From assembly GCA_041659325.1 (NCBI GenBank), contig JBAZYN010000003.1, forward strand, positions 71,296-135,295: 64,000 nt of DNA, written 5' to 3'. Source of the DNA: Candidatus Shapirobacteria bacterium. GTDB taxonomy: Bacteria > Patescibacteriota > Microgenomatia > UBA12405. Each line of letters opens with the position of its first letter. Within the stretch, counting starts at the first letter, position 1. This document shows positions 38,045 to 47,424 of this stretch, one piece after another. The notes beneath the pieces were generated by a model. It saw only the letters and a list, made by a program, of their open reading frames with translations, was not told where the DNA came from and did not search any database. Position numbers and translations under genes: made by a program.

Positions 38045-39598
38045 GTGAATCCAGACGAGATAAAATCACCGCTGCCCCCAAGAAAAGTTTTGATCGGAGA
38101 CGAAGGTGAAGTAACACCAATCCCGGAGGCAGCAGTACCGCCGACTGAACCAACCGGTGGCGAATCTGTCTTGTTCCCCCCACAGGGGCCAACAGTGACC
38201 GGCGAGGGAAATAGCTCCCGGGTATCCAGTAAAATTATTCAAAAAAAACCGTTTAACAAGAAAATTATATTTATTGCAATCGGGGTGGCAGTGTTAGGAC
38301 TGGTGATAATGATGCTGCCCAAAATTTTTTCCGGCAAAACCGACGGAAATAAAGAAGTAACGCTGAATTACTGGGGAATATGGGAAGAAAGCAGTGTAAT
38401 AGACGCGGTAATTGCCGATTTTGAGGCACAAAATCCGGGGATAAAAATTAAATATACCCGCAAGGATAAGGAAAACTACCGGTCGATTTTGATGAGCCGG
38501 CTACAAAAAGGCCAAGAAGATACGCCGGATATTTTTAGAATCCATAGCACCTGGGTACCGACATTTCAAAACTTATTGGAGCCGGTACCGCAAACGACAG
38601 CAACAAATTTGCAATTGGAGAGCGATTTTTTTGATGTTTATAAGACAGAGTTGAAAAAAAAGGGCGCCTATTTGGCCATTCCCCTGATGTATGACGGACT
38701 GGCGCTGTTTTATAACAAAACAATGCTGGATGCGGCGGCGGTATCGGTGCCGAAGGGATGGTGGGAGCTGCAATCGGCGGCTGAAAAAATGACCGTAAGA
38801 GACAGCAATGGGAAGCTGCAGGTGGCCGGAGCGGCGATCGGACTGACAGATAATATCGACCATTGGAGCGATGTGGTGGGGCTTTTGATGAAACAAAACG
38901 GGGTGAATCCCCTGGTGGATGATGAGGAAAATAACCAAAAAATTCAGAGTGTGTTGGAATATTACACCCTGTTTGCCACCAAAAATGGCGGAGTGTGGGA
39001 CCAGTCTATGCCCAATTCAACCGATGCTTTTACGGCCGGAAAAGTGGCCTTTTATTTTGGGCCGTTGTGGAGGGTTTATAATTTTGCCGAACCGATGTAT
39101 AAGGATTTTAAGTATGAAGTAACGACAGTGCCGCAATTGCCGACAATTGCTGATATCCCCCTTGATCAGCCCCTTTCTGATGCTGATTTGACCAATATTC
39201 ACTGGGCGAGCTATTGGGTGGAGGGAGTGGCGGCGGGCAGTAAACACCAAAAAGAGGCCTGGAAATTTATGGAATTTTTGGCATCAAAAGAATCACTGGA
39301 AAAGATGTATACGGCGGCTTCGCAAATAAGGGTGTTTGGGGAGCTGTACCCGCGGAAGAGCATGGCAGAAATGATCAGCAGCAACGAGAAAATCAGACCA
39401 TTTATATCGGTGGCGGATAATGCTTCGGGCTGGTATTTGGCCAGTAGAACATTTGACGCCGGTTTAAACGAGGAAATGATTAAGTATTTTGGCGACGCGG
39501 TAAATCAAATAATAACAACCAAAGATATAAAGAACGCTATGATAACTCTTCGAAGCGGGATTAATCAGTTGAAATCGCGGTACAAATTGACGGAATAA
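38045..39598 (+). CDS. Membrane-anchored extracellular (sugar-type) solute-binding protein
   Basis: TLNYWG, PDIF, IPLMYDGLALFYNK, AWKFMEFL. Confidence 0.88.
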   Translation: MNPDEIKSPLPPRKVLIGDEGEVTPIPEAAVPPTEPTGGESVLFPPQGPTVTGEGNSSRVSSKIIQKKPFNKKIIFIAIGVAVLGLVIMMLPKIFSGKTDGNKEVTLNYWGIWEESSVIDAVIADFEAQNPGIKIKYTRKDKENYRSILMSRLQKGQEDTPDIFRIHSTWVPTFQNLLEPVPQTTATNLQLESDFFDVYKTELKKKGAYLAIPLMYDGLALFYNKTMLDAAAVSVPKGWWELQSAAEKMTVRDSNGKLQVAGAAIGLTDNIDHWSDVVGLLMKQNGVNPLVDDEENNQKIQSVLEYYTLFATKNGGVWDQSMPNSTDAFTAGKVAFYFGPLWRVYNFAEPMYKDFKYEVTTVPQLPTIADIPLDQPLSDADLTNIHWASYWVEGVAAGSKHQKEAWKFMEFLASKESLEKMYTAASQIRVFGELYPRKSMAEMISSNEKIRPFISVADNASGWYLASRTFDAGLNEEMIKYFGDAVNQIITTKDIKNAMITLRSGINQLKSRYKLTE

Positions 39599-39601
39599 AA
39601 A

Positions 39602-40255
39602 ATGATTTTGGTAAATTTTAAAATTTATCGGGAGACATTTGGCGAAGGGGCAACTCGGTTGGCAGCGGCCTGTAAGATAGTGGCGGAGAAAACAGGTGTG
39701 CAAATTATCCCGGTAGTATCGGCTATTGACGCCTACCGGATTATTAAAGAAGTGGGAATGGAGGTAATGGTTCAGCACACTGACGGGATGGTTGAAGGGA
39801 CCAAAAGCGGCTTTGTGTCAACCGAGCAGGCGGTATTGGCCGGTATCAGCGGATCTCTTGTGAACCACTCGGAACATAAGGTGAAGCCGGGGACAATAAA
39901 AAAGATGTTGGCAGTTTGGCCGGAGAAGTTTAAATCGGTGGTATGTATCCAAACACAAGGACAGACGGAAAGATGGGCTAAAAACATAAAGCCGGATTTT
40001 ATTGCCTATGAACCCTCTTATCTTATCGCTTGCCAGGAGCGATCGGTGGCCACAGAAAAACCTGAAGTAATTGAAAAAATAGTTGATAGATACAGGGGGA
40101 TTCCGGTGTTGGTGGGGGCCGGAATTCATAGTGTTGAGGATGTAAGAATATCCTTATCATTGGGAGCAAAGGGAATTTTAATCTCGTCTTTTATTGTAAA
40201 ATCTGCCAATCCAGAGGCAGACCTGTTAAAACTGGCTGAAGTTTTTAGTGTATAA
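39602..40255 (+). CDS. tpiA: Triosephosphate isomerase (short, archaeal-type)
   Basis: VNFK, QH, NHSEH, AYEP, VLVGAGI. Confidence 0.9.
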   Translation: MILVNFKIYRETFGEGATRLAAACKIVAEKTGVQIIPVVSAIDAYRIIKEVGMEVMVQHTDGMVEGTKSGFVSTEQAVLAGISGSLVNHSEHKVKPGTIKKMLAVWPEKFKSVVCIQTQGQTERWAKNIKPDFIAYEPSYLIACQERSVATEKPEVIEKIVDRYRGIPVLVGAGIHSVEDVRISLSLGAKGILISSFIVKSANPEADLLKLAEVFSV

Positions 40256-40261
40256 TCGGCT

Positions 40262-40963
40262 ATGGCATCTATTGATAATTTACTGGTATCGCTTTTTGTT
40301 GACGAAGTAGTCGGCGGGTTTTTGGTAACTGTCCCACCGGGACACGTAGGATGTATCTACAGTATTTTTACCGGAGTAATGAAAAACGTGTGGCACCCGG
40401 GGATGCATTTTAAGATCCCGATAATTCACCGGGTGAAGCTGTTTAATGCACAGCTAATTGAATATACAATTTCGAAGGATGTGGTTTTGATTGATAATAA
40501 GGAAATAATGGGCGATGAAATAATTAATGCGGTGACGACGGACAACAAATTTGTGGCGGTAGAAGCCACGGTTTTGATAAAACTTGATACCAGCAGAATG
40601 CCCGAAATTTGGCAAAATATTGGAGAAAATTTTGTTTCTAAGGTGGTAAGGCCGGTGACCCGAAGCCGGATTCGAAAGGTACTGACTAGCCATACCCTAG
40701 CAAACGCCCTGTCGGTGGACCGGAGCTTAATCGAAGAAGAAGTAAGGCAGGAGCTAAAAAACTCGCTTGAACCACACGGTCTGAATGTAGATAACTTTTA
40801 TTTGAGCTCTTTGACCCCAATCGACAATGTGTCGCCAATTGAGGAGAAGGGAATAATTATGCCGGCACTGGAAGATGACGGCGGACTGAAAAGCCAGGAA
40901 GAGATAAAAAACCAAAGATTTATATCAGGAAATATTCAGAGACAAAGTTCTAACCGGCAATAG
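40262..40963 (+). CDS. SPFH/prohibitin (band 7) family protein
   Basis: VPPGHVG, PGMHFKIP, VRPVTRSRIR. Confidence 0.85.
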   Translation: MASIDNLLVSLFVDEVVGGFLVTVPPGHVGCIYSIFTGVMKNVWHPGMHFKIPIIHRVKLFNAQLIEYTISKDVVLIDNKEIMGDEIINAVTTDNKFVAVEATVLIKLDTSRMPEIWQNIGENFVSKVVRPVTRSRIRKVLTSHTLANALSVDRSLIEEEVRQELKNSLEPHGLNVDNFYLSSLTPIDNVSPIEEKGIIMPALEDDGGLKSQEEIKNQRFISGNIQRQSSNRQ

Positions 40964-41609
40964 TTAGGGTCCAAAACTTTTTGACTAAGTGACAAGAATT
41001 TATTTGACAAGTAAAGGCGTGGCGGGCTGACCTGAGGGTGGAAAACGTGGTGGCAACATCGTCGACGAGAATGAAGTTTTCACCTGGGTTAGTATTTGTT
41101 TCATTTATATTAAATACATTGGATAGATTGGCCTGTCGATCTGATGGTTTTTCGTTTTTTACCTGAGGGGAGGTATTTACGGAACGAGAAAGCAAATTGT
41201 TTGAATAATTGAGCTTAATTTGACGGGAGAGGTGCTGACAAATTAAGTCTGATTGGTTGTATCCGCGCCATTTTTGGCGGAACGGATGGAGAGGGATAGG
41301 GATTAGAGTAAATAAGTTGTTCTGCCAGTATTTTAGAAGATTTGGGTAAGAAGATTTTAGGGTGGAACTGATCAGGCCGGACAACTGCCCCGCCAGGTCG
41401 GAGACGAAATTATATTTATAATCATGAATGAGATTTGTAATGAGACCATTGTATTTGAAGAGGGATAGGTTTCCCTCGAAAAGAGAGGTGTCGATTAAAT
41501 TTATGGGCTGGGGGAATAGTTGGGATTGACAGGCGGAGCAAAGGTATTGGCCGGGGTGGCCACAGCCATAACAGCGGCGGGGGAAAAGAAAATCAAGAAG
41601 AATGGACAT
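40950..41609 (-). CDS. comF: ComF family competence protein
   Basis: LFPRRCYGC...C..C, PIPLH, RGYNQS, LVDDVATT. Confidence 0.92.
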   Translation of the reverse strand: MSILLDFLFPRRCYGCGHPGQYLCSACQSQLFPQPINLIDTSLFEGNLSLFKYNGLITNLIHDYKYNFVSDLAGQLSGLISSTLKSSYPNLLKYWQNNLFTLIPIPLHPFRQKWRGYNQSDLICQHLSRQIKLNYSNNLLSRSVNTSPQVKNEKPSDRQANLSNVFNINETNTNPGENFILVDDVATTFSTLRSARHAFTCQINSCHLVKKFWTLTIAG

Positions 41610-41746
41610 GGGTTTAAACCCTTACCCTTCCCTTTCCCTTGACAGGGCAAGGGAAAAATTCAAAAGAATATAACATAAGTAATAATATAATTACCAATTA
41701 CGAATTATCAATTAAATCAGATAAAATAAGAGCTGTGGGGAAGGAA

Positions 41747-42586
41747 ATGATTAAAAGAAAGAATGCGTCGGAACTGGTGCTGACGGTGATGATTTGGGCG
41801 ATGGTGGGACTTTTGGGGACAAGATTGTACCTGGAAATAATGGGGTACCCGCAAATAGGAAAGGGCGACTGGCATGTGGCACACGCCCTAATCGGAGGGT
41901 TGGTGATGACTGCCGGAATGATGATTGATCTGGTATTTTACGGAACAAGAACAAAAAAAATAGCAGCGGGGGTATTTGGGTTGGGGATGGGATGGTTTAT
42001 TGATGAGGTAGGGAAATATTTATCGAGGGACAACAATTATTTTTTTCAACCGGCGATAGTCGTAATTTATGCTTTTTTTGTAATCTTGTTTTTGATTTAT
42101 AAATACCTGGAAAAAAGAGAAACGAGGGACGGAGTCAGCGAAAACAAAGAGATGGGTATAAGCTGGGAAGCTAAATGGTGGAGGCAGGTCAGAAAAATCA
42201 CGTATCATAAAATTTTTAGGAGAAAGATTGTGATTAATATTCTTTTTTTGATAGCGGTCGGATATGTGGTGGCCGGAGCGGGAGATGCAGTATTTCTTTG
42301 GGGGACATTTAGAAACGACAGGGATATAAGTATGTTTACATTTAAGTCGATTACTGATTTGATAATTGCGGTTGTGTTTGGAATTGGAATTTATATGGTC
42401 TCCCGGAAAAAGCGACGAAGGGGGATTAATTTTTTCAGGTATGGGCTTTTGGTGAATATTTTTTTGTCATCGATTTTTAACCTGTATTTTGAGCAATTCA
42501 GCGCGGTAATAGGCTTGGGGTTTAGTGTGGCGATATATTATGGACTGGATAAAATGAGAAGAGAACTGATAGAGACAAAACATTGA
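41747..42586 (+). CDS. Membrane protein
   Basis: TRLYL, WHVAHALIGG, WFIDEVGKY; start uncertain (GTG 41735 or ATG 41747). Confidence 0.7.
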   Translation: MIKRKNASELVLTVMIWAMVGLLGTRLYLEIMGYPQIGKGDWHVAHALIGGLVMTAGMMIDLVFYGTRTKKIAAGVFGLGMGWFIDEVGKYLSRDNNYFFQPAIVVIYAFFVILFLIYKYLEKRETRDGVSENKEMGISWEAKWWRQVRKITYHKIFRRKIVINILFLIAVGYVVAGAGDAVFLWGTFRNDRDISMFTFKSITDLIIAVVFGIGIYMVSRKKRRRGINFFRYGLLVNIFLSSIFNLYFEQFSAVIGLGFSVAIYYGLDKMRRELIETKH

Positions 42587-42687
42587 ACGTCTCCGGCCGG
42601 CTGAATAGGGTCATAAACATAACGCGACCGCTGGATGGCAATAATTTTGGCTTTTTCGCCATCCGATTCACAGTTATTATCGGAATA

Positions 42688-42918
42688 TCAAGGGATTTGT
42701 TTAGGTTGGCCAGAAAGGGAAGCTGCTTGATCAACAGCTTCGATTAATACTCTTTTTAGTTCTTCGGGGTCTGCTGGTAAATCCCAGGGGCCGACGTGGC
42801 TTATTGCGTAAAAGACAAGTTCGCGCGCCGAGCCAGCAGGGCCCTTCTCATGGATAAAACCAAGGAGAGGGTTTTGGGGCTGATCAGTTGTTTTATGGTC
42901 TGATTCTTTAGGTAACAT
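42688..42918 (-). CDS. Small hypothetical protein, possibly truncated
   Basis: 76-aa ORF; the frame stays open for about 50 codons past its TGA. Confidence 0.4.
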   Translation of the reverse strand: MLPKESDHKTTDQPQNPLLGFIHEKGPAGSARELVFYAISHVGPWDLPADPEELKRVLIEAVDQAASLSGQPKQIP

Positions 42919-43005
42919 AGGTTTTATTACGGTCTAAGTTTAATTATATTAATCGTTTCCCTTAAAAATGTCGTTTAAGGTAGCAACTTGGCTATATTTT
43001 ACTAT

Positions 43006-43063
43006 AAATAACCGAATATGGGTGGAGTGGGGCAACGAGCGAATTGGGTTTATTGTGTTGGCC
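43006..43063 (-). other. attC-like site (degenerate)
   Basis: GGCCAAC 10 nt after the hydrolase stop, closing with GTT and partial inverted arms. Confidence 0.35.
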
Positions 43064-43073
43064 GAGGTGCCGA

Positions 43074-43652
43074 TCATTTTTTTTCTTTTGTTTTGCCGGT
43101 ATAACTAATCCTATCTTTCGTAAATACCAATAAGGCAACAACTACAGTAATGATTTCGGCAACAAATAGTTTTGATTTTGTGTAAATCGATAAAATTTCC
43201 GCGTTTGAAGTTGGGTTATTTTTGTAGAACTCCAATGCTTCATGAAGGGTTTTTTTCCGACCAAGGTTGAATGGGTATTCCCAAAGTATTTGGGGAGTTG
43301 ATGTAATCCCGCTATCCAGATTAAGCCATCCCAGTAAGTGATTAAAATCGTCCAGAACGAGATGGCTTGCCATTGCAACGCCGGCTAAAATAAAGGTTTT
43401 TGTCGAGAACTTTTTGCGGAACAAAAAATACAAAATGGAGAACAAGACAATTCCGAAAATGGGCGTATGAGTAGGAAGATAATGGTGCAAGCCGCCCGGA
43501 TAACCGAATAAGGGGGGAAGAAAAAAATCTAAATCAAAGCTATTTCCGCTAAAAACGATAAATAATGTCTCGATAGATCGTAACTTCTCCTTGGGCCTAA
43601 TTGGAAATCCGGAAATTAAATAAGATGCCGCAATATGGCCCGGAGTTATCAT
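43074..43652 (-). CDS. Membrane metal-dependent hydrolase (YdjM-like)
   Basis: GH, DLD, HHYLPTHT, SHLVLD. Confidence 0.8.
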   Translation of the reverse strand: MITPGHIAASYLISGFPIRPKEKLRSIETLFIVFSGNSFDLDFFLPPLFGYPGGLHHYLPTHTPIFGIVLFSILYFLFRKKFSTKTFILAGVAMASHLVLDDFNHLLGWLNLDSGITSTPQILWEYPFNLGRKKTLHEALEFYKNNPTSNAEILSIYTKSKLFVAEIITVVVALLVFTKDRISYTGKTKEKK

Positions 43653-43843
43653 TTGTCATTGTAATCAAAAAATGAGCGGTGTTCCATAAATTGGGGCGGC
43701 TATGCACTAGAGGTTGCCACACGCTAAATTATTCTATCATCAGCGTGTGAGCAATCCGGGCGAGGCGACTTGCCTGCCCGCGGTGGCGGGTAAATGGGCA
43801 GGCAGGGGTGCAACGAGGGCGAGCGAAAGGAAGAGCTTTAAGC

Positions 43844-44281
43844 TCACGAATTCTTTTTAATCTTTTTTATGTCTGGAAAAGTCAGCCAAGCAGACATGGC
43901 ACCAAAAACAGTTTTGTCTATGTCAAAAGGCTTAATGGCTTGAGGATTCTTTAGAAAGATTAAAAGGCAATACTTTTTATTTTTAAACATTTGATAATAC
44001 CGGGGGATGTCTTGTGCTTCTAATCCATCATCGGAGCCATATTCGGAAAGTAATTGCCCAACACGTTTGGGGGTGAGGCCAGAAAATTGAAGAACTTTTT
44101 TAACCTCAGCTTTTAAACTAACGAGCCCTCCCGTGTCTTTAAAATAGACTGTTTCATTGGGCTTAATTCTATCCCAAGGTGAATACTTAACCATGTACCA
44201 ACGTGATTCAATTTTCTTTAAGCCTGAGAGAATTTTTTGAGTCAAACCCCATTGTTTTTTCATGATAGCTAGATGATCCAT
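43844..44281 (-). CDS. ASCH/PUA domain protein
   Basis: HLAIMK, ILSGLKKIESR, VYFK. Confidence 0.75.
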   Translation of the reverse strand: MDHLAIMKKQWGLTQKILSGLKKIESRWYMVKYSPWDRIKPNETVYFKDTGGLVSLKAEVKKVLQFSGLTPKRVGQLLSEYGSDDGLEAQDIPRYYQMFKNKKYCLLIFLKNPQAIKPFDIDKTVFGAMSAWLTFPDIKKIKKNS

Positions 44282-44304
44282 AGAACTATTGAGTTTAAAA
44301 TTTT

Positions 44305-44442
44305 GGCTAACGTTTCGGTATGTTCGTAGTTAAGCGGACATGATAATCTCTCTTATTTTACAACATGACCACTTCGCCATAGGCGGATAAAAATTAGAGT
44401 CGAACGAGTGCAACCAAATGAGTCGGACATACTGTGTTGCTG
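44305..44442 (-). other. attC-like site
   Basis: AAC and GTT ends with inverted arms GTATGTTCG (44318-26) and CGGACATAC (44424-32). Confidence 0.5.
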
Positions 44443-44522
44443 ACCCGAGGGAGTCCTGCAGTCAGACGATCTCAAGTTCGCTACAGGGTCGGAGCCAAAG
44501 CCGAAGATGTAAAAAATCACAA

Positions 44523-44741
44523 CTAAGGGAGGCCAGTTCTATTATTGACTTTTCTTTCTAGCGTGTCAACATTAGCTGAATTAAAAGTACGGGCCGTTCG
44601 GAAATTGATACATTCGTGACAAGTTGATTCGGGCTTGCCCCGATGATCCACTTGAATATGATGGGCAAATTTGCGATTCAGCTTGATTAAACTTTGTCTT
44701 GCGGCTGATAATTGGTCAGATAAGTTTTCTGGTGAAGACAT
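44523..44741 (-). CDS. Small hypothetical protein, possible Zn site (HxxxxH...CxxC)
   Basis: 72-aa ORF containing HHIQVDH and CHEC. Confidence 0.5.
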   Translation of the reverse strand: MSSPENLSDQLSAARQSLIKLNRKFAHHIQVDHRGKPESTCHECINFRTARTFNSANVDTLERKVNNRTGLP

Positions 44742-45198
44742 AAAATTTTATATTGGTAAAGGCTTCAGGATGGCTGATTCTACCATAATTTACGATTTTT
44801 TATCAAAAGATTGGCATTAAATGTTAATTATGGGTAATTTTGGGACCAGTGGTTTTAAGATTGCCGCGGTCACTCCTTCCCTCGAAATGACGTGACTTAA
44901 GCGCAATGACCTATAAAGAGGTAAAAATTACCGAATCAATAGCGGTCGTCCCGTTATATTTCCACCATATCTTTTGCCATCTGCGGTATTTACATCATCG
45001 AAACAACTCGACCTTCTACGGCTTCCCCAGGATTGCCGAAAAACACGATTTGGTACATATTGCACAGTATCTCGCGCAAGCTGATTCTATTGGTTAGATG
45101 TAAAATAAGTGGAGTAAGCTGAAGTCGAATAACGATTTGGGCGGTGGCTTTTTAAAAAGTTTTAATTTTGCGATAACAATAATATTGGCAATTTTATT

Positions 45199-45909
45199 TT
45201 ACGTCACCGAGTAGGCAATCCTCGTTGTTCCTTGGTTAGATTTTATTTTTCTGATGGTGATTTTGCCGATTTCGGAAGCAGTTTTTACATGGGTGCCACC
45301 ACAGCCACAAATTGGAAATCCGGCAAAATTTACAACTCTGGCAGACTTGCCGGCGGGTGCCCAAACGCCTTTGGCCTGGGCTTCTGCGGGGCTTAAGTCT
45401 TTTTTCTCTACCGGTAAATTTTGCTCAAGAAGGTTGTCAATATTTTTTTGCAAAAGTGGAATTATTTCGGCAGGATTTTCAATTGTTCCACTATACTCAA
45501 CATACGGACCATCAGGAAAATGAAAACCCTTGGTTGGTTTTAGATTTTCTATCCCTATTTTTGTAACGGCACAATCCAGCAAGTGTCCGGCGGAGTGAAG
45601 CCGGGCATTTAATATTCTTCTTTCTTGGTCAATTTTTAGAACTACTTTGTCGCCCTGTTTTAGCTCACCATTTTTAAATTCGCCAAAATGCCAAACTGTG
45701 CCTGTCTCGTCTAACCTAACATCGTTGACTGTAAAAATATTGACTCCTGAGATTATTTCGCCCTTGTCGGCAGGCTGTCCGCCTCCTTGGGGATAGAAAA
45801 TCGTTTCGTCCAAAATTACGGCTTTGCCCTTTTCGTTTTGACTAACCTCAAGGAAAACTGCCTCTGATTCAAATAAATAAGTGTCGTTAAGATAGTTTAG
45901 TTTTGTCAT
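45199..45909 (-). CDS. alaX: Free-standing alanyl-tRNA editing protein (AlaX-type)
   Basis: TIFYPQGGGQPAD, HSAGH and CGGTH Zn motifs. Confidence 0.9.
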   Translation of the reverse strand: MTKLNYLNDTYLFESEAVFLEVSQNEKGKAVILDETIFYPQGGGQPADKGEIISGVNIFTVNDVRLDETGTVWHFGEFKNGELKQGDKVVLKIDQERRILNARLHSAGHLLDCAVTKIGIENLKPTKGFHFPDGPYVEYSGTIENPAEIIPLLQKNIDNLLEQNLPVEKKDLSPAEAQAKGVWAPAGKSARVVNFAGFPICGCGGTHVKTASEIGKITIRKIKSNQGTTRIAYSVT

Positions 45910-46074
45910 AGAGGAAAATTAATAACAAAATTATGTGTATAAAATTCTGAGTGAAGTCTAACACTTTTTATTGATTCGGGTAACGGTTTAGGATGACTGA
46001 TGTTACCATGTTTAAGAATATTTTATCAAAAACATGGCATTAAATTTAAATTTTGGGGCCAGTGGCCGGATTTT

Positions 46075-46212
46075 AAATCTACCCCTATCCCCTCCTTTGA
46101 AGAAAGGAGGGGCATTGCTCGTTGTCGCGATTGAATGGAGTGAGTGGGGTGATTTCATATTTCTTACCGTAAGGATTGCCACTCCCGACGTGAAGTCGGG
46201 ATCGCAATGACG
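46075..46212 (+). repeat. Composite ~140-bp repeat unit
   Basis: Homologous to copies at 10263, 34454 and 49861. Confidence 0.88.
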
Positions 46213-46257
46213 GATAAAGTGGCAAAGTTGGGTAATTTTTGATATAATACAACCCTT

Positions 46258-46703
46258 GGAGATGTATTGCATTGACAGGGTGAGTACTTTAAAAAACCGC
46301 AAGCCGGCTTTGATCCATTGAGCCGTTAAACAGGGTCGAAAACAACATGCCAATAATATCGGCAAAGCTTTGAGAGAATCTTTGGCTTCGGTCGAAGGTA
46401 CCCTTTTGGGCAACGGAAACGGTTTCGTTTCTGCTGCTCCAGTTGCTTACGCTATTGCGTAAACAACAAGCCATTAATTAGTCCCCTATTCTAGGGGAGA
46501 TTAGTTAGTGCCAATTAAACTAGAATGCTGATCTGCCGATCTCGACTTTGGCAGAGAATAAGCGAGGGGTAATGCCCTCATCAATCGACATTTCACCGCC
46601 TTTTTTGGGTATTAGCTGGTGAAAGTGTAGGAGAAAACCCAATAAGCTTGTAGACGTTTTTTAATTTCCACTTTGGACCCCCGATCATTCCGGGGCATCT
46701 CCT
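46258..46703 (+). ncRNA. ssrA: tmRNA (divergent tRNA-like domain)
   Basis: GGAGATG/CATCTCC acceptor stem, T-arm CCCCG-ATCATTC-CGGGG, CAGGGTG/CACTTTG helix, AAGCTTGTAGA motif, tag frame 46349-46462 ending YAIA*, TATAAT at 46243, smpB 1.7 kb away. Confidence 0.88.
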
Positions 46704-46948
46704 CTAAACAGAATCTGCGATCTTTTGTAACCTGTAATTGGTAATCAGTAATTGGTAAAAACCTAGAAGCAACATGAGATTAGAAAATCTATGTATGGGG
46801 TGTAAACATAATTGCTGTGACGGGTTTTTTGGGTGAAAGAATTTACTTTTCCACCGTCCAATTTTGTTAAGGTAGTGTGGAACGATAAGACAAAGCTGGA
46901 AACAACTTTTTTTTGATTTTTTTGATATCTAGTGATACGATATATATC

Positions 46949-47398
46949 ATGGTACAAGTTGAAATAGAGGACAGAAGAGAAGGAGTGTCGGTGGTCGTGC
47001 CTAGGTTTTCTTTGGGGGCTTTATCTTGCTATAAAGACCCTACTGGACAAGTTAGGGTGGAGTTGGGAGAAGGGGTGGCATCGGTTGAGATTAGGAAAGG
47101 GTGTTGTGGGGTGCTGATGGATGGAACAAAACCAGCGGGAATTGTGGACTTTTCGCGTGCGTCAGAAAGTTGGCAAGTACATATGAATGGGGATGGTGGA
47201 ACTAGATACTCTTTGAAAAAAGGAAACGAAGGTTTTCAGCTCGTGAGGGCAAGTGACGGAAAACCAATAATTAGCGGTGTCGATTCAGATGATGTTCAGG
47301 GTGCAATAAGGGTAAAACTTGAAAATATAGGGGCTGGTATTCATGTGAAGAGGTATTTTGACGACCCTGTCCGATTGTGGGTAACCAGAACTGAATAA
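46949..47398 (+). CDS. Hypothetical beta-rich protein
   Basis: ORF with start reassigned to ATG 46949. Confidence 0.6.
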   Translation: MVQVEIEDRREGVSVVVPRFSLGALSCYKDPTGQVRVELGEGVASVEIRKGCCGVLMDGTKPAGIVDFSRASESWQVHMNGDGGTRYSLKKGNEGFQLVRASDGKPIISGVDSDDVQGAIRVKLENIGAGIHVKRYFDDPVRLWVTRTE

Positions 47399-47424
47399 GA
47401 ACCGATCTTTATGAACTAAAAAAG

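Noticed and set aside
42537-42918. UGA readthrough or genetic code 25, suggested by the open frame past the TGA at 42688
   Set aside because: Several conserved genes end at TGA and no core gene has an internal TGA; a nonsense mutation or chance is more likely.
44906-45097. 63-aa ORF or gene fragment downstream of alaX
   Set aside because: No recognisable motif in any frame; possibly decayed DNA but not supportable.
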